From: Lama glama
Lineage: Eukaryota
Assembly (NCBI GenBank): GCA_028534125.1
Contig: CM052816.1
Location: forward strand, 46,440,001-46,504,000
Reading direction: 5' to 3'
Length of the DNA: 64,000 bases
The position numbers and the translations under genes were made by a program. The notes under the pieces are model-generated. The model made no database searches and was not told the origin of the DNA. It was given only the letters and a program-made list of their open reading frames with translations. Below, piece after piece: positions 1 through 13,065 of this stretch. Each line of letters opens with the position of its first letter. Position 1 is the stretch's first letter.

Positions 1-29
1 AGTTAAAATAGGTTGGATGATGTAAAAGA

Positions 30-255
30 CAAATTTCTGCCATGTGGCAAAGTAGAGAAAGCCAGCCTACAGAAAGAAAGAAGCAAGCATCTGTTCAGGA
101 AGAAGTGACACAACAAAGAGAAAGCTAAGAAAAGCCTGACACAATTCTAATTCCTGGTCCATCTTTTCCTGAGACTTAATTGCATTTCCTTTCATTGGTT
201 CTGAGAAGCATCCCTATGCCCACATAGCCATTCTCCTTTTTCCTTTCTGCCATGT
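30..255 (+). mobile_element. ERVL-MaLR (MLT1-like) LTR fragment, degraded
   Basis: Motif order resembles the MLT1 LTR 3' half (gccatgtgg..agccagcct..gagaaag..cctg..cctggtcca..cctgag..cctttttcctt). Recognised by eye. Confidence 0.45.
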
Positions 256-479
256 CAGCAATGTAGCAGAGTGGTCAAGGGCATGGACCTTAGAAGTCAG
301 ATCCCAATTTGAATTTTAGCTCTGCCACTTACTAACTTTGTGACTTATGCAAGATACTTACTCTCTCTGGATATCTGCTTTCTTATTTTTAAGATCCCAT
401 AAGTTTATAAAAGATACTCTGTATAAAATGCCTAAACAGTGCCTGATATATAGAAGATGTTCAAAAAATAGTAGTTATC
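256..479 (+). mobile_element. MIR SINE
   Basis: gtagcagagtggtcaagggcatggac, core ttagctctgccacttactaactttgtgac, tail acagtgcctgatatatag..aaatagtagttat. Confidence 0.85.
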
Positions 480-2294
480 TTTTAAATATTCCGCTACAGC
501 TAATACTTGATTATAAAAGACATCTTTATTACAGCAATGATAAATGAAATATGGGGAGATGGATGACAGGATTGATTAAACACGGTGATACTGTTACTAT
601 TGAGCCTCAGGAAAGTATCCCAAAGTCCTTAAACAGGCAACTTTCATAGACTGTTTCAACTAAAATCCAGTGGTCACCAGGCCAGGTAGACCCAGAGCTC
701 TTGCAACTGTTCCCCTATCTTGTTAAAGGCGTATAAATTATAACTATTATTAACTTCCAGGTAAGTTTCTCATCAAAAGAATTCCAAATGCTAAGTGTAA
801 ATTGAATTTTTATCTTTGGGAAAGCTAACAGTTCTCCACTTAACTCAGGCTCAATGCTTCTCAAGTTGGGATGAAAAGCAATAATTATTTGAGAATGAAA
901 ACTTTTTTTATTCTGTTTTTCAATTTAGTGTGATAATTAATATGTGAAAGAGAAAAAAAGGACATCTCTATTTTCATATGTTAGTTAGAATTAGCAATAT
1001 TGACAAGATCAAGTAACTGTTTTGATCATTAAATAATTACAGATGCTATAGAATTTTGTAATGGAATAAAATACATGCAAAAGCCAAAATTCTGCGTTAG
1101 TAAGTCACTGCCTTAAACATATGGAAATTTAATTTAAGACAAATGCCTGAGAAGCATCTAATCAGAAACAATACTAGTATCTAATGTGTAAACAGTAGTA
1201 GGCAGAGAAAGAACAAAAATATACATAATGTTTAACTGTTTATTACATGAATAAAATTTTTTTGACTTTTAAAGAATTTCTGTATTGTCTAAAAAGTTTC
1301 CAGGAATGCCAATAGCTAGTTCAAAGACAAAAATAATGATTTATAACTCTGAGGAAAAATTGAAGTCGTAAGTATTTATACATTCTCTAGGAATGTAAAA
1401 GGCGAAAGATTTATACAATCTGGAGAAACCAGAGTATAGGAATGTAAAATAACTTTTATCATGCAATTTGCCTCTACCTCTCCAGCCCAGCTTGAAGGAC
1501 AAACCAATGCAGTGAACATGTTGAAGATTTCTTTTTTTTTAAGTGGAAGTCATATCTAATGTCATGATATTACATTAGTTACATGTAAGGGCAAAGGCAA
1601 ACCTCAGAGGCCCTGAATAATAAAACAGTGTTAATTATTTAAACAAACATTGCTGACTACCTATTCTGGGCCACATGTGGTATGCTATGGATTCTAAGAC
1701 AAATTAAAGGATCTCAGAAAGGTATAAAAACTCAAACTTGATTTCATTATAGACAATAAGGACCTCTGTCAAAGTGAAAAAAAAAGTAATGAGTGATAGA
1801 GGGTCCCAGTCATCCCAATTTAAAACTTACTTTTAGTCTCCAAATATCTTGTAGGACACAACTCCCTGGTCTTTTGGCAGCAACTGTGTAGGTGGAGAGG
1901 AAGGAAATCTAGCTTATATATGAAAAGTGTGCTTTATCACAATGACACCATCTGTTTTCTCTCTCCTCACTTTGTTAAGTCCAACATTTCCAAAGAGCTC
2001 ATCAGATATGAAGTTTACTATTTCAAGACCCACCTAAGGCTCAAATCCATGTATGAGATAATGGGGACTAGCTCTTGCCTGAAAATGCTTGTCATGGGGG
2101 AAAGAGACAACCACGGAAGAACAAGACATACAACTGTGAGCCAACTGGAAAGATGAACAAAAGCTAGAATCTTCCTTATGGGAAAACAACAGTAGTCTGT
2201 AATTTCTTAAATATCACAGTACCAAGCAGATAAAAGGTGTTCAATGTATTTTAATAAACACATTAAAATATGGAGATAATGTCTTCCTATTTAA

Positions 2295-2516
2295 TAGGAG
2301 TCAGCAAACTATAACCCAAAGGCCAAGTCTGGCCCCCTGCCTCTCACAAGTTTTATAAAGTTTTATTGAAACACAGTCATGCTTATTTGTTTACAGTCTG
2401 TGGTTGCATATGAATTTAAATGGTAGAGTTGAGTTGTCCCTGTAGAGACCAAATAACCAACAAAACCTCAAATAGTTGCTATCTGTCCTTTTACTGAAAA
2501 AGTTTGTTAACCCAAG
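2295..2516 (+). mobile_element. MER58A hAT-Charlie non-autonomous DNA transposon
   Basis: Ends taggagtcagcaaact..aaaagtttgttaaccc; internal ataaagttttattgaaacacagtcatgc and gagttgagt..gagacc match MER58A. Confidence 0.85.
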
Positions 2517-3269
2517 ATATAAGAATTAGAAACAATCTGTTCCTCATTGCTGAATCTACCAGAATATTCCCTCTCATTCCAATATATTTTTCTTCATTAT
2601 TCCAAGCTTGAGGTTGCCTTCAAATACTCTCTGCTTTTTTATTGAAGGTCCAGGCTTGCTGAAATTTATCATCCCTTAGGTCCAGCAGGAGTCTGCAGAA
2701 AGCCCATTTTTATGCTGTCTTGAATAAACTGATAAAATTGCTGCCTTTTCCTAAAGGAGAAGTTTGTACTGGAACAATTTCATGGAAAAATTATGTAGAA
2801 GCAATAGATGCAATGGTAAAATAAAGAACATGAGACTACCCAGCATTCCCAGGTCTTTGAGGAAATTGAGAGAAAAAGGAAGGAATATAAATGTTCATAT
2901 ATGCTAAAGATTGATAACAAATATAAGACATCCACAAATCATTAAGATGGATCTGATTCTATGCTTGAGATCTACTGAAAAACCTTCAGTAAATGTATAA
3001 ATAAACCTATTTCGTATTTAATTCCCCCATTAGGTTGTAGTTTCACAGATATCAAACTAACGGAAGGAAATTTTAAATGTGTTTGCTAAAAGGAGAACAT
3101 TTGTAAAAGGTTGAGGAAAGCATGACAAAGTAGAAATAATGTTTATTTATTGGGAGCCATATATTTAAACCAGCAATTATATTATTTTTCAACTACTAAT
3201 TATAAGACTCTTTAATACTTATTTTGCCAATATAAAAGAGATTAAATAAACAAGGAAGAGGTTATATGC

Positions 3270-3372
3270 TTCACAAATATTTACTAAATATAAACCACAT
3301 TTATGAGTCTAAGAGTTGCTAAAAATAGAAGACTCAATTTCTACTTTTGAGAAGCTTAGAATCTACTGAAGA
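3270..3372 (-). mobile_element. L2 3' end fragment
   Basis: cacaaatatttact..tttctacttttgagaagcttagaatcta resembles the reverse L2 tail. Confidence 0.45.
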
Positions 3373-3514
3373 AGTTAGAACCAGTAACTGCCTCCACTCC
3401 AATTGAGTTTTATAATGACAGAGACCAAAGTCTGACTGTTTCTTGTAAGAACACATACAATATTTCCTCTCAGACTCAACCTTAAGCAACATGTTCCATC
3501 AGGCACATTATATG

Positions 3515-3788
3515 ATAATTGACAATTACTGCCAGGCACTGTGCTAGTGCTCTATTTGCCTTGATTAATTTAATCCTGGAGAGAACCCTATAAGGAAGTT
3601 CTGACCATCATACTTCATTACCATGTCCACGGTTAGACTCAATTAATGATGGGTATTAAAACCATTTTTTCAGGTGAGAAAACCAGAGCATAAATGGGTA
3701 AATTTTTTGCCTAAGGTCACTTAGCTAAAAAGTAGCAAAATAGTTAGACTTTATAGAGTCCACAACCTTAAACACTGAGCTTCACTGC
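3515..3788 (-). mobile_element. MIR SINE
   Basis: tgccaggcactgtgctag..tttaatcct..ccattttttcaggtgagaaaacc..tgcctaaggtcac..gcta. Confidence 0.8.
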
Positions 3789-5767
3789 ATATAATAGAAA
3801 ACTGGGAGTAACACACTGGAGAGAGATCAGTGAGAGCAAGAGGGCAAGACCAATTCATAAGTTATGTTAACTTAGAACATGTTGAGAAAATATTAATAAG
3901 TACCATATATAGGACTTGCACAGAGTATGCATGGATATACACAACACTAGAATTTATAATATTTTAAGTGGCTATATATATATGTATTTATGTATTTGTA
4001 TTCTGTAATAGGCATAGATTTATAAATTACATATTTTAATGCATGTAAGATTCTATTTGCAAATGGCCTTTGGGAACAGAATATTAATTTAGGGAGCACC
4101 TGGATATGTCCCAATGCCCTCGGTTATTACCTGTAAGGAAGAATAAGCTGCAAAGCTGTGAACTGCCCAAGGGTCGACTGTACGTTATCTAGTACTTAGC
4201 ACAGTACATGCCCCAACAGTAAGTTTTTTTCTTTTTTTTTAAGCAGATTAATTACTTTTAACATTTCTATCATAAAAGCAAATTCTTGGTTCATTTGGCA
4301 AGTCCTTGTGTTTTGATAAAAGATGTTATCTGTATTATGTACACTGTGTTGGCTGAGGATAACTTCTCAACATGAAATGCAAGATTGCAGGATTTCCAGT
4401 GTAACTGTGAAATGGATGTACATTTTCAATTGTTGATGACTCCAATGGACCAGAAAAAGAGCCTTTATGTATTCCAGACAGCCTTAGCAATCAAAGCATA
4501 CAAAGATCCACAATTTGTAAACTTCCTGAGACAGAAGAGTAAGAAATAGGACTTTGCAATTTATGGATATTTGATGTTGAGCCTCACTTGGTCATTAGTA
4601 ACCGAGTCTCTCATAGTGAAGTTCGAAGTTATTTTATGAGATCTACTTTGGATGAGACTAAGGCCACCCTAGATCATATGTTTTGTCTTACCCAGTCCCA
4701 AAGAATTTGAACCCAAAATGAAACCTCATTGCCTTGCATCATGTTCAAACTGAGCTTTCCTTTCTAAAGCCAGAAGCGATTTCATTCTAATTGTAGTTAT
4801 TTTGTCCTATCTTATCCCCTATAATCAAAGTATCATTTTAAAATGTTAAGAAACTATAGATGTCAAGAATAATTGAAAGTGAACAAAATGTAACAATTTG
4901 ATCTTCCATGAGTTAGTCTTCATATCAAAATATAAACTAAAAAGGGATTTTATATCTGGCATACTCTGGATGTAATGCTAGCAAAGAACTGGAATGAGAG
5001 AAGAAAAGTGGCAAAGGGCAGAAGGGGAAAAATTAAAAGTCTGTGTAGAACAATGATTGTTTACTTTAAATGCAAGGGATATTCTTTTGAAGTGAATATT
5101 GTGCTAAGTGTTAAGCCAAAACCAAAATTACATGAATGGAAAGAAAGTAAAGGCTTTGAGTCCCCGATGGATTTTTTAAATTCCTGTGGAAAGTTTGATG
5201 GGCTGTCTTTTTTCTTATAAATAAACTATTGAGGTTTTAAGACATGTGTTGCGTCTTGGTTTATTTAATTCTGAATAGCAGAAAGAGAGAGTCACTTGGT
5301 GGGTAATACACAATATATTGGCATTCAAAGTAAATACAACAGCTCATGTTTAAATTAGAAAGGGTCTGCCTCAGAATAAAAGCCAAAAGGCAATATTAAA
5401 AAAAAAAAGGCATTGTGGTTCTGAAGAAAATCGAGTCTCTATAAAAATAATTTAAGCTAAATTATGGCAAGAGAAATGTTCCTCAACCTAGTCAGTTTGA
5501 TTTAAACACTATTAAACATATTCTCTGTTATTTCTCTGTTATTATAGAGTAACAGTCCAATTTTAAAAATAATTGGATAAGAGTGGTTGTTAGAATCTCA
5601 CCTAATTCATAAATTCCAAAATTTTCCTCATAGTTTCACTGAGATTTATCAATGCAACATATTAAAAATGTCTAGAAATAGCCATAACATATGAATTTTT
5701 TATTTAGAAAAACATTTTTATTTTTATACTTACAGAGCTTTTGTCTTTAATTCTAAATGAATCTACA

Positions 5768-6196
5768 ACCTACAGATTATCATACAAAGTGAAGTAAGTC
5801 AGACAGAGAAAGACAAATATCACATGACATCACTTACATGTGGAATCTAAAAAAATGAGACAAATAAACTTATTTATAAAACAGAAACAGACTCACAGAC
5901 ATAAAAACAAACTTACGGATATCAAAGGGGAAAAGAGTGGGGCAAGGGATAAATTAGGAGTTTAAGATTAGCAGATACAAACAACTATATATTAAACGGA
6001 TGAACAACAAGGTCCTACGATCTAGCACAGAAATCTATATTCAATATGTTGTAATAACCTACAATGGAAAAGAATCTGCAAAAGGATATAGATATCTATA
6101 TCTATATCTGTATCTATATCTGAATCACTATGCGGTACACCAGAAACTAACACAACCTTGTCAATCAGCTATACTTCAATTTAAAATTAAAAAAAT
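5768..6196 (+). mobile_element. 5'-truncated cetartiodactyl-type L1 3' end with A tail
   Basis: gattatcatac..agtgaagtaagtcagacagagaaagacaaatatc..gtggaatct..acagaaacagactcacagacata..gggataaattaggagttt..aacaacaaggtcct..gaatcact..acaccagaaactaacacaac..ctatacttcaat + A tail. Possible TSD atgaatct at 5757-5764 and 6205-6212. Confidence 0.93.
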
Positions 6197-6929
6197 ATGT
6201 ATATATGAATCTTTATGCCAATGGCTCTTGGAAATATAGACATTTGAAAAATTTTCAGTGATCTTAGTTTGATATCAGCTGAGCATTCTGAAATATATAT
6301 ATATATTTGTCAATTGGTGATGTTTTAACACTACAGAAAAATCTGTGAAAAGAAACAAGAAGGGATCAAATCCTAGGAAGATAAAAAAAACAGTATTTAA
6401 CTGATCCCAAGATTATATTCTAAATTCATACCAATTTTGAAAGTCTAAAAGAATCAATACTTTACACAGTGTAGAATCTAGACATCTCCACTGAATTATA
6501 GTTAAGTGCTCCTCATCTCTAGTTTTTCCTTTATGGGGTCAATGTCCATAAAGGCTATTCACTGTAATATTCAGGCAGGGAAGAGGTGTGTTGGGGGGGG
6601 GGATGACAAGGGATAAACAAAAGAGAAAAATTACTAGGCCACCATCCAATCATTTTAAGTCTCTTTGGATAAAATGATACATTTACATTTATAATTAATT
6701 TACAGCAGCCATCCTGCACAACCATATTCAGCTTTTTTTCTGCCTCTTCCTCCATTTTACAAGGTGTATAAATTAAAAGCAATGTTCCCAATGTAAGAAA
6801 ACATTTATTTTATCTTTGTAAGACATTGAAATTGTAGTCTTTCAATATTTTCTAGTGTTGGAAATTCAACATACCTATGTCTGCAATGTATCAACCTACA
6901 TTTTCATGCCATTTTTACACATTCACTCC

Positions 6930-7122
6930 AGCAGGAATTTCCCAAAAGTGTGTTCATAAGACCACTTGCATCACAATCAATGGGGCACATTTGGAAAATG
7001 CAGATTCTGGGGTTAAAGCGCAATCTTGTAGAGTTAGAACCTCTGCAGATGGGATCTGGAAACAGTCACGTTTTACAGTTTCCCAGATGACTCTTAAAGG
7101 TATTCCATTTTGAGGATCACTT
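6930..7122. mobile_element. MER5-family hAT-Charlie DNA transposon
   Basis: ttcccaaa..tgcatcacaatca..aaaatgcagattctggg..cccagatgactct..ttttgaggatcact. Confidence 0.75.
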
Positions 7123-8194
7123 ATAACAGGTAGTTAAGGATTACTGAGAATGAGAAAATGGAGAGAAACAAAAGCTAATTTTGTAAATATGTCTAACAGA
7201 ATAAGTATATAAAATTAATTCAAAGTAGTAGAGAGAATATAATCAGGGCTAATGGATGCAAAATTCAAGTTCAGACAGATAGATAGGTTAATAAACACAA
7301 ACATACATGCATACATAGAGAGACATTCCTGACACACCAATGCCAGTAGATATCTAATGAAAAAAACATTTTCATAAAACTGGGATGCATTCCCTTTCAA
7401 TTACTTGCTTATAGAGTACGCACATTATTTTCATTTTCATTATACTACTGCCAGTATTTTGCAGACATTGTGGGATCTTGTTATAAAATCTGTTAAATTT
7501 ATTAAGTCAAATTTTCCTCTGTTATGTGTAATAATTTAGGCACTGAATTCTAAACTTTAGTTTTAAATATAGAGGTTTGCCAGCTGCCCCACTGTCAGGT
7601 AATTGTTTGAATATATCACATGAAAAAAAAAATCCCCCCAAATTTTCCGATCTAAAAACGCAATTGCTAAACATCTCTCAGATTATAATGAGCTCAACAA
7701 AGTAATGAATGCTCACCATATTACCATGCTTAAGAGTCGTACAGAATGTTAGTAATGAAATTATAGCTTTACCTTTGGATGTATTTAACAATTTAATAAT
7801 TTCATCCAATATATATTTCAAGCTACATTAGAATGTAATTTTTCATCAAGCTATAAAGATTTAAATTTACTTGCCACCCAACATATGTTTAAAAAACATT
7901 TTTGGATGAACTAATGAGTTAATGAATGGCCAGGAAACCCATATAACAATTCATGCAAATTTAGCAACTTTCAGCATTTAAGGGAGGTAAAAAGTCATTA
8001 GAAATTTATGTGGTTTAACTTTGAAAGGGAAATATCCTAATAATCTCCTTTACATTGATGCATTAATATAGCTAATTAGTGTTCAGATATTTCATGAAAA
8101 TTATTTAAAATTTTTCACCACTTGCCACTATAAGTATCCTTGTGACGAGATTACCAATACTCTGACTATAAAACAAAATATAAAACAGTTTGGC

Positions 8195-8420
8195 TGCAGA
8201 GGCAATGAGATCTGAAAACAAGGGATGGAATTCTGACTCCCCACTTCACTATGCGATCTAGAGAAATAGATTCGTTTGTCTTGGCCCCACTGCCTTTTCT
8301 GTAAAATGGGAATGATGGTGGTAACAGTAACTGCCTTTTAAGATTGTGTGGGGATCTAAAGAGGTAATTCACCCCTGGTGCACTGCATATCCCCCCAACA
8401 GCTGTTTGTTATGATTGCTA
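8195..8420 (+). mobile_element. MIR SINE
   Basis: Core ttttctgtaaaatgggaatgatg..aagattgtgtggggatctaaagaggtaat. Confidence 0.7.
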
Positions 8421-8540
8421 TTTTTATCCAATTTTTGTTTTCATCATAGCTTACTTTTCTCCTTGTTTACCTTCAAAATAACTTGATTTGAAATTACAAA
8501 ATATACTTATTATGGTAACATACTGCTTTTAACTATTTTA

Positions 8541-8606
8541 ATATATATGTATGTGTGTATACATGTACATGTATATATTATATGTGTATATATGTATGTA
8601 TATATA
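8541..8606. repeat. (TA/TG)n imperfect microsatellite
   Basis: atatatatgtatgtgtgtatacatgtacatgtatatattatatgtgtatatatgtatgtatatata. Confidence 0.85.
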
Positions 8607-8699
8607 GATCACAATATAAGACTGTCTGAATAAAAAGGTTTAACTGCTAAATAAAGTCTGAGAGCCAACATAATATTAGTTGCCATAATTAAGAATTCA

Positions 8700-8897
8700 A
8701 AGTGTACCTAGTCATTTACATACATTTTCCAGTATGCCTTATAATAATTCTGTAAATTATGCATTATTTTTATTTCCATTTTACAGATGAGGAATGTGGG
8801 CCCTATAGAATTTGCCCACAAAGTCAGAAAAGTGCAGAGTCATGATTTAAAATATTTTGAGTCCAAGCCAATGGTTCTTGTATTATACTATACTGCT
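8700..8897 (-). mobile_element. MIR SINE
   Basis: Core tccatttttacagatgaggaa..tttgccca..gagtccaagcc..actatactgc. Confidence 0.8.
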
Positions 8898-10424
8898 TTA
8901 TATCAGTGCAGGATTTTTAGTAGGTTAAGACACTTAAACAACTAGTATTTAGGAAACTACCTTTAGATCCAGGTAAAGAGTAAACCAGAGCAGTAAAGGG
9001 TGTTAAAAAAAAAAAAACAGTGTGGAGAAAATAGGGACTAAACTGGTGAATGGCTGGGATCTCATATTCTGGGCAAATTAACTCTCTACTCTAGATTACA
9101 TTCTAAGATGATTTTGCCCTGGTGTCCATTTCCTTAAATGACTGCTGTCTACAGCTTCTTAAATCCATGCAGTAGCCATCCTGGAGAAGAATGCCTGAAA
9201 TGAAACAGCTGCAAGGCTTCAGATGCCACTGTCAATCTTATTTGTCATTTTCCATCAAAGCCATCTTAGTCCGACAGGCAGTTCTGTGGTATTCTTAGCC
9301 CTAGCCTACTTAGTTGGTTGAATCACTGTGACCTTTCTTTTTATGGCAACCTATTCCAACAGCTTCACTGGTACCTCCCATTCACACTGTTGTTCTACAA
9401 CCCTTTATTTCAGACATCGCCTTAGGAAAGACGTTTTCTGAATAGTGTTCTACAAATAATGTCATTTTCTTCTCTTATTTTTCAAAATAAGTGATAAAAA
9501 TATATCTCACTAATAGTAGTTTCTGATGATAAGCTATTTTCAAGACTCATCCAGAGAGAAGTCTGAATTACTACGGTTGATGCCTGGTGTAAGTTAGAAT
9601 TGTGTTGTGTTGTTTATGAATACTTAGGTACATAGCTGACTCTAGAATAGGAAGCTTAGAAACTGCCTGTACTTGGTTAAGTATTTCTACCACTTCTGAT
9701 TTAGTTTTTTTTTTTTCTTTTCACTGCCTACCACAGGAAGCTAAAATTGCAGCAATTTCCAGGGTCAGATGGGGAGAGAAGTTCTGGATGAAATTTAGAC
9801 AGAACCACACACTTCCCTTCCCCAAACCCCCCAAGATGTGGCCCCTGGAAAAGGCCTTTCATAAAGAGGACCTATCAGTTAAACGTCTCCTTTGTGGGCA
9901 GATCTGGCTCCGGCTAAGTCTAAGGTGTATAAAGAGAGTGGAAGTTTTTACAGCAATTGCCCAAAATTGTGTTTTAATTTCCATACACGCATTTGGAATC
10001 TTGTGTTATTTTTAGTTTTTGCCATCACTGCTCAAACAAAGCAGCAGGTTAAAACTTTTTTTCCCAACTCATATGAAAACCTCATCTAACAAAAGTTCAG
10101 TGCTATTTTAGACCAAGTAAATACAGACAAGTAGACCTTAGAGCTCCTCTTGTCTTTTGGCTCTGCTTCAGTTTCAACTAAGAGAAGTCTTTCTGGAAAA
10201 AAAAATGAAAATTACAATTCTTAAAATAAGTCTGAATTTAGGAGACCCATTAGGCAAGAATCCTGCAAATAGTTGTTTTAAAGTCCATGAAGAATAACCT
10301 GTAAAATACAAGACCTTAGGTATCATGTACTTTTGAACTGTTTTCATTTTTAGGACAGTAATGTGGATATGTATTCTGACACTATGTTTTGAAGTAACAA
10401 CCATAAAGACTAATTCAGTTCTTT

Positions 10425-11092
10425 ATTCATGGAATCAGAAAACATTTATTAAATGTGTACAACATGTAGAGCCTTATGCTGAAAACAAACAATGTCTTCG
10501 TCCAGACCTGGCCTTCAGTGAGTCATAGTCTAGAAGGGAGATCAAACTATAAAAAAACCATTACAAAACAATGTGGAAAGTGTTGATGTCTGTATGCATA
10601 AAATGCCATGAGAACACTGAAGAATGAGCAACTAGCCATGCAGGAAGTAAAACAAAAAACAATTAAAATACCAAAGAAGTAGTATTTTAGCTGAGATGTT
10701 TCATCAAAATGGGCCAGAATATTTCAGAAGATAAACAGGCAAAAGCCCAAAGAGAATAAACTATATATCACATTCAATTTATGTAACATTCTAAGATAAT
10801 TTTAAAAGTAGAAAAGAGCTGAAGTTTCTTAATGACATCTGAGGAATTTGAGCATTAACATGGAAGCAGTGGGGAGCCTTTAAAAAAAACTTTAGGTATA
10901 TTAAAATCAGAGACACATATCAGCAAGCTAGTGCAGCAGTATAGACAGGAAAGCAGAAGGACCCGATATAAGCCAGTAGGAACTGAGAGAAGGGGACAAA
11001 ACAGGAACAATAGAGGAGAAATAATCAGAAGGCTTAGGCACCAGATTAATCGAGGAAGCTGAGAGAGAAAATGGAGTCGGAGACAATTTCAG
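10425..11092 (-). mobile_element. L2 3' portion
   Basis: aaacatttattaa..ctggccttcagtgagtcatagtctag..tgccatgagaacactgaaga..gcagtggggagcc..gagagagaaaatggagtc. Confidence 0.7.
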
Positions 11093-11099
11093 TAAACTC

Positions 11100-11650
11100 T
11101 TTGGAGGCTTTTAGCTTCAAGTGATGGGACGCCCAGCTCAAAACAGTCAAAACAATGAGTCTCATACAAGGAAAGTGTGCAGAGGTTGGAAGACCCACAG
11201 GCTTTCACCAGGGCAGGCCTGCTTTTTTGTGACTCCCTTGAACTCCCTTGAACTGTTCACTTTGTGACTCCCTTGAACTGTTCACTTCCACCTGATAGGC
11301 TTTTTGCTAGGCTGGCCCTCCTCATGGCAAGGAGAAGGTTGCCAATCCTTGGGCCACATACTTTCTGGTTAACACACAGAAGACAGAAGTAACATTTCTT
11401 ACAACCTGAGCTTTGTTATCATTGAACTGGCTTAGGTCTTCTGTCCACCCTGGATCAGTATTTGTAGCAGTGAAAATGTCATTTGCTAACTGGCTTAGGT
11501 CAAGGTTTCCAGAAACAATCATTATGTCAAGGGAGACAGAATTATCCTAATATAGACTCATCTGGTCCCACCTATGCAGCTAGGAATCAGATCAGTTCCG
11601 TTACACAATTGAATAGAGTAGAATGTACGCAGGGGAGACACTGCTACACC
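11100..11650 (-). mobile_element. ERVL-MaLR MLT1 (J/K/L-like) LTR
   Basis: gcttttagcttcaagtgatgggacgcccagctcaaaac resembles the reverse MLT1 3' end; repeated aactggcttaggtc motif; caccctggatcag. Confidence 0.7.
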
Positions 11651-12369
11651 CACTAACATGTGGAGCAAAATCATTGTTTATATATATTACTGTGTTAGTA
11701 AGTGGTCAAGACAGATTTCTACAAGCAATTTCCAGGCTGAAGAATGAACTGCTTTATTTTCCCCTTGTTCCTACAGAATAACACTATTTAGTAATTTGCA
11801 GGTTCCTACCTGAGACAGATAACAGATATTTAGATGTACAATTATATCTTTCTTGAAAATATGATACCTTGGGACATCAAGTAGAGAAATCTATAATTGG
11901 ATTAAAGTCTTCATCTCCTCCTATTATTCTTCTTTAGGAATAAATCAATTAGCAAGCTCTATTTTAAAGAATATATGTTCTAATATATGTTCCTAATACA
12001 ATGACCAAAAAGATAATTTTTCTACTATTTTCTATTTTCCATTTTTTGTAGACTTATAACTTAACTTGCAGGCATTTATTAGAATTATAGTTATTCAGGG
12101 TATATATCAAGAAATTTGCCATTACAAAATATAAAATATGCTTAAAATTCTTATTTAAAACTGACGTATGTCAGGATTTGCTATTATTTAATACAAGGAA
12201 AAATCCAGAGATTAGCTACTGCGTTAGTTTTTAAAGATTCCATGTCAACTTATCAATAAAGTATCACTAAATGAAAGTCACTGGTTAACACGACTCAAAC
12301 CTATTTGCTCACTTAGTCCCTTGTAAACTAGAGTTTAGAGGATTCAATAGGGAAAGATATGTAGCATCA

Positions 12370-12560
12370 GCTAAATGGGTCAAATCCTAGTAATGTCATT
12401 TACTAACCACATGACTATAAATATGTCAAGTATGTTACTTATATCTTTAGATATCACTGTCATCATCTATAAAATGGAATCAATAGCACACAGCTGATGA
12501 AGCAAGAGTAAAGATTAGAGATTATAATAAACATAATGGGCCTGGCCTCTAAAGTGCTTC
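12370..12560 (+). mobile_element. MIR SINE
   Basis: gggtcaaatcctag..tttactaaccacatgac..catctataaaatggaat. Confidence 0.65.
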
Positions 12561-12784
12561 TGATCTTCATTTGCTGGTTGACAACTATACAGCAAACCCA
12601 AGTATACTTAAAGTACAATACAGAGAGTGAAAGTTTAGTAAACTCCTTTACAGGCTTTATAACATAAAAATAGTAAGGTTTTTAAAAACATCTTATATGC
12701 CTCATTAAAGAACTGGGGGGAATGTTTTAAAGCTGAATAAATTATTATTCTACTTAAGATGCCTAACTGAGGGAGAAGTACATA

Positions 12785-13065
12785 CTCATTGATTATTCAA
12801 AAAGATGTATTCAGTACCTAATACACGTTAGGTACCATAACAGGCCCTCGAATACAGGATTGAACAAGACAAATGCCCTGCCTTCATGGAGTTTATCATC
12901 TTGGTATAACCGATAAACAACTAAGCAAATAAATAATTATGTATTTTCAGATAGTGGTAAATATGATGAAGAAGAAGAAGATGCGGGAGGGCTGAGAGGG
13001 AGACCTGGCAAGGAATGGAATCAACAAACAGTTTTTAAGTACAATGGTCACTGAAAGCTCCCTAC
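12785..13065 (-). mobile_element. L2 3' end
   Basis: attcaaaaagatgtattcagtaccta..gaacaagacaaatgccctgccttcatggagttta..ttcagatagtggtaaat. Confidence 0.8.

Noticed and set aside
1388..1449. 13-bp direct repeat taggaatgtaaaa
   Set aside because: Only two A-rich copies; not an array and no insertion signature.
1965..2013. Minus-strand CUGAUGAGCUC..GAAA hammerhead-like string
   Set aside because: Stem II cannot pair, U16.1 is replaced by A, and stem I is 2 nt out of register.
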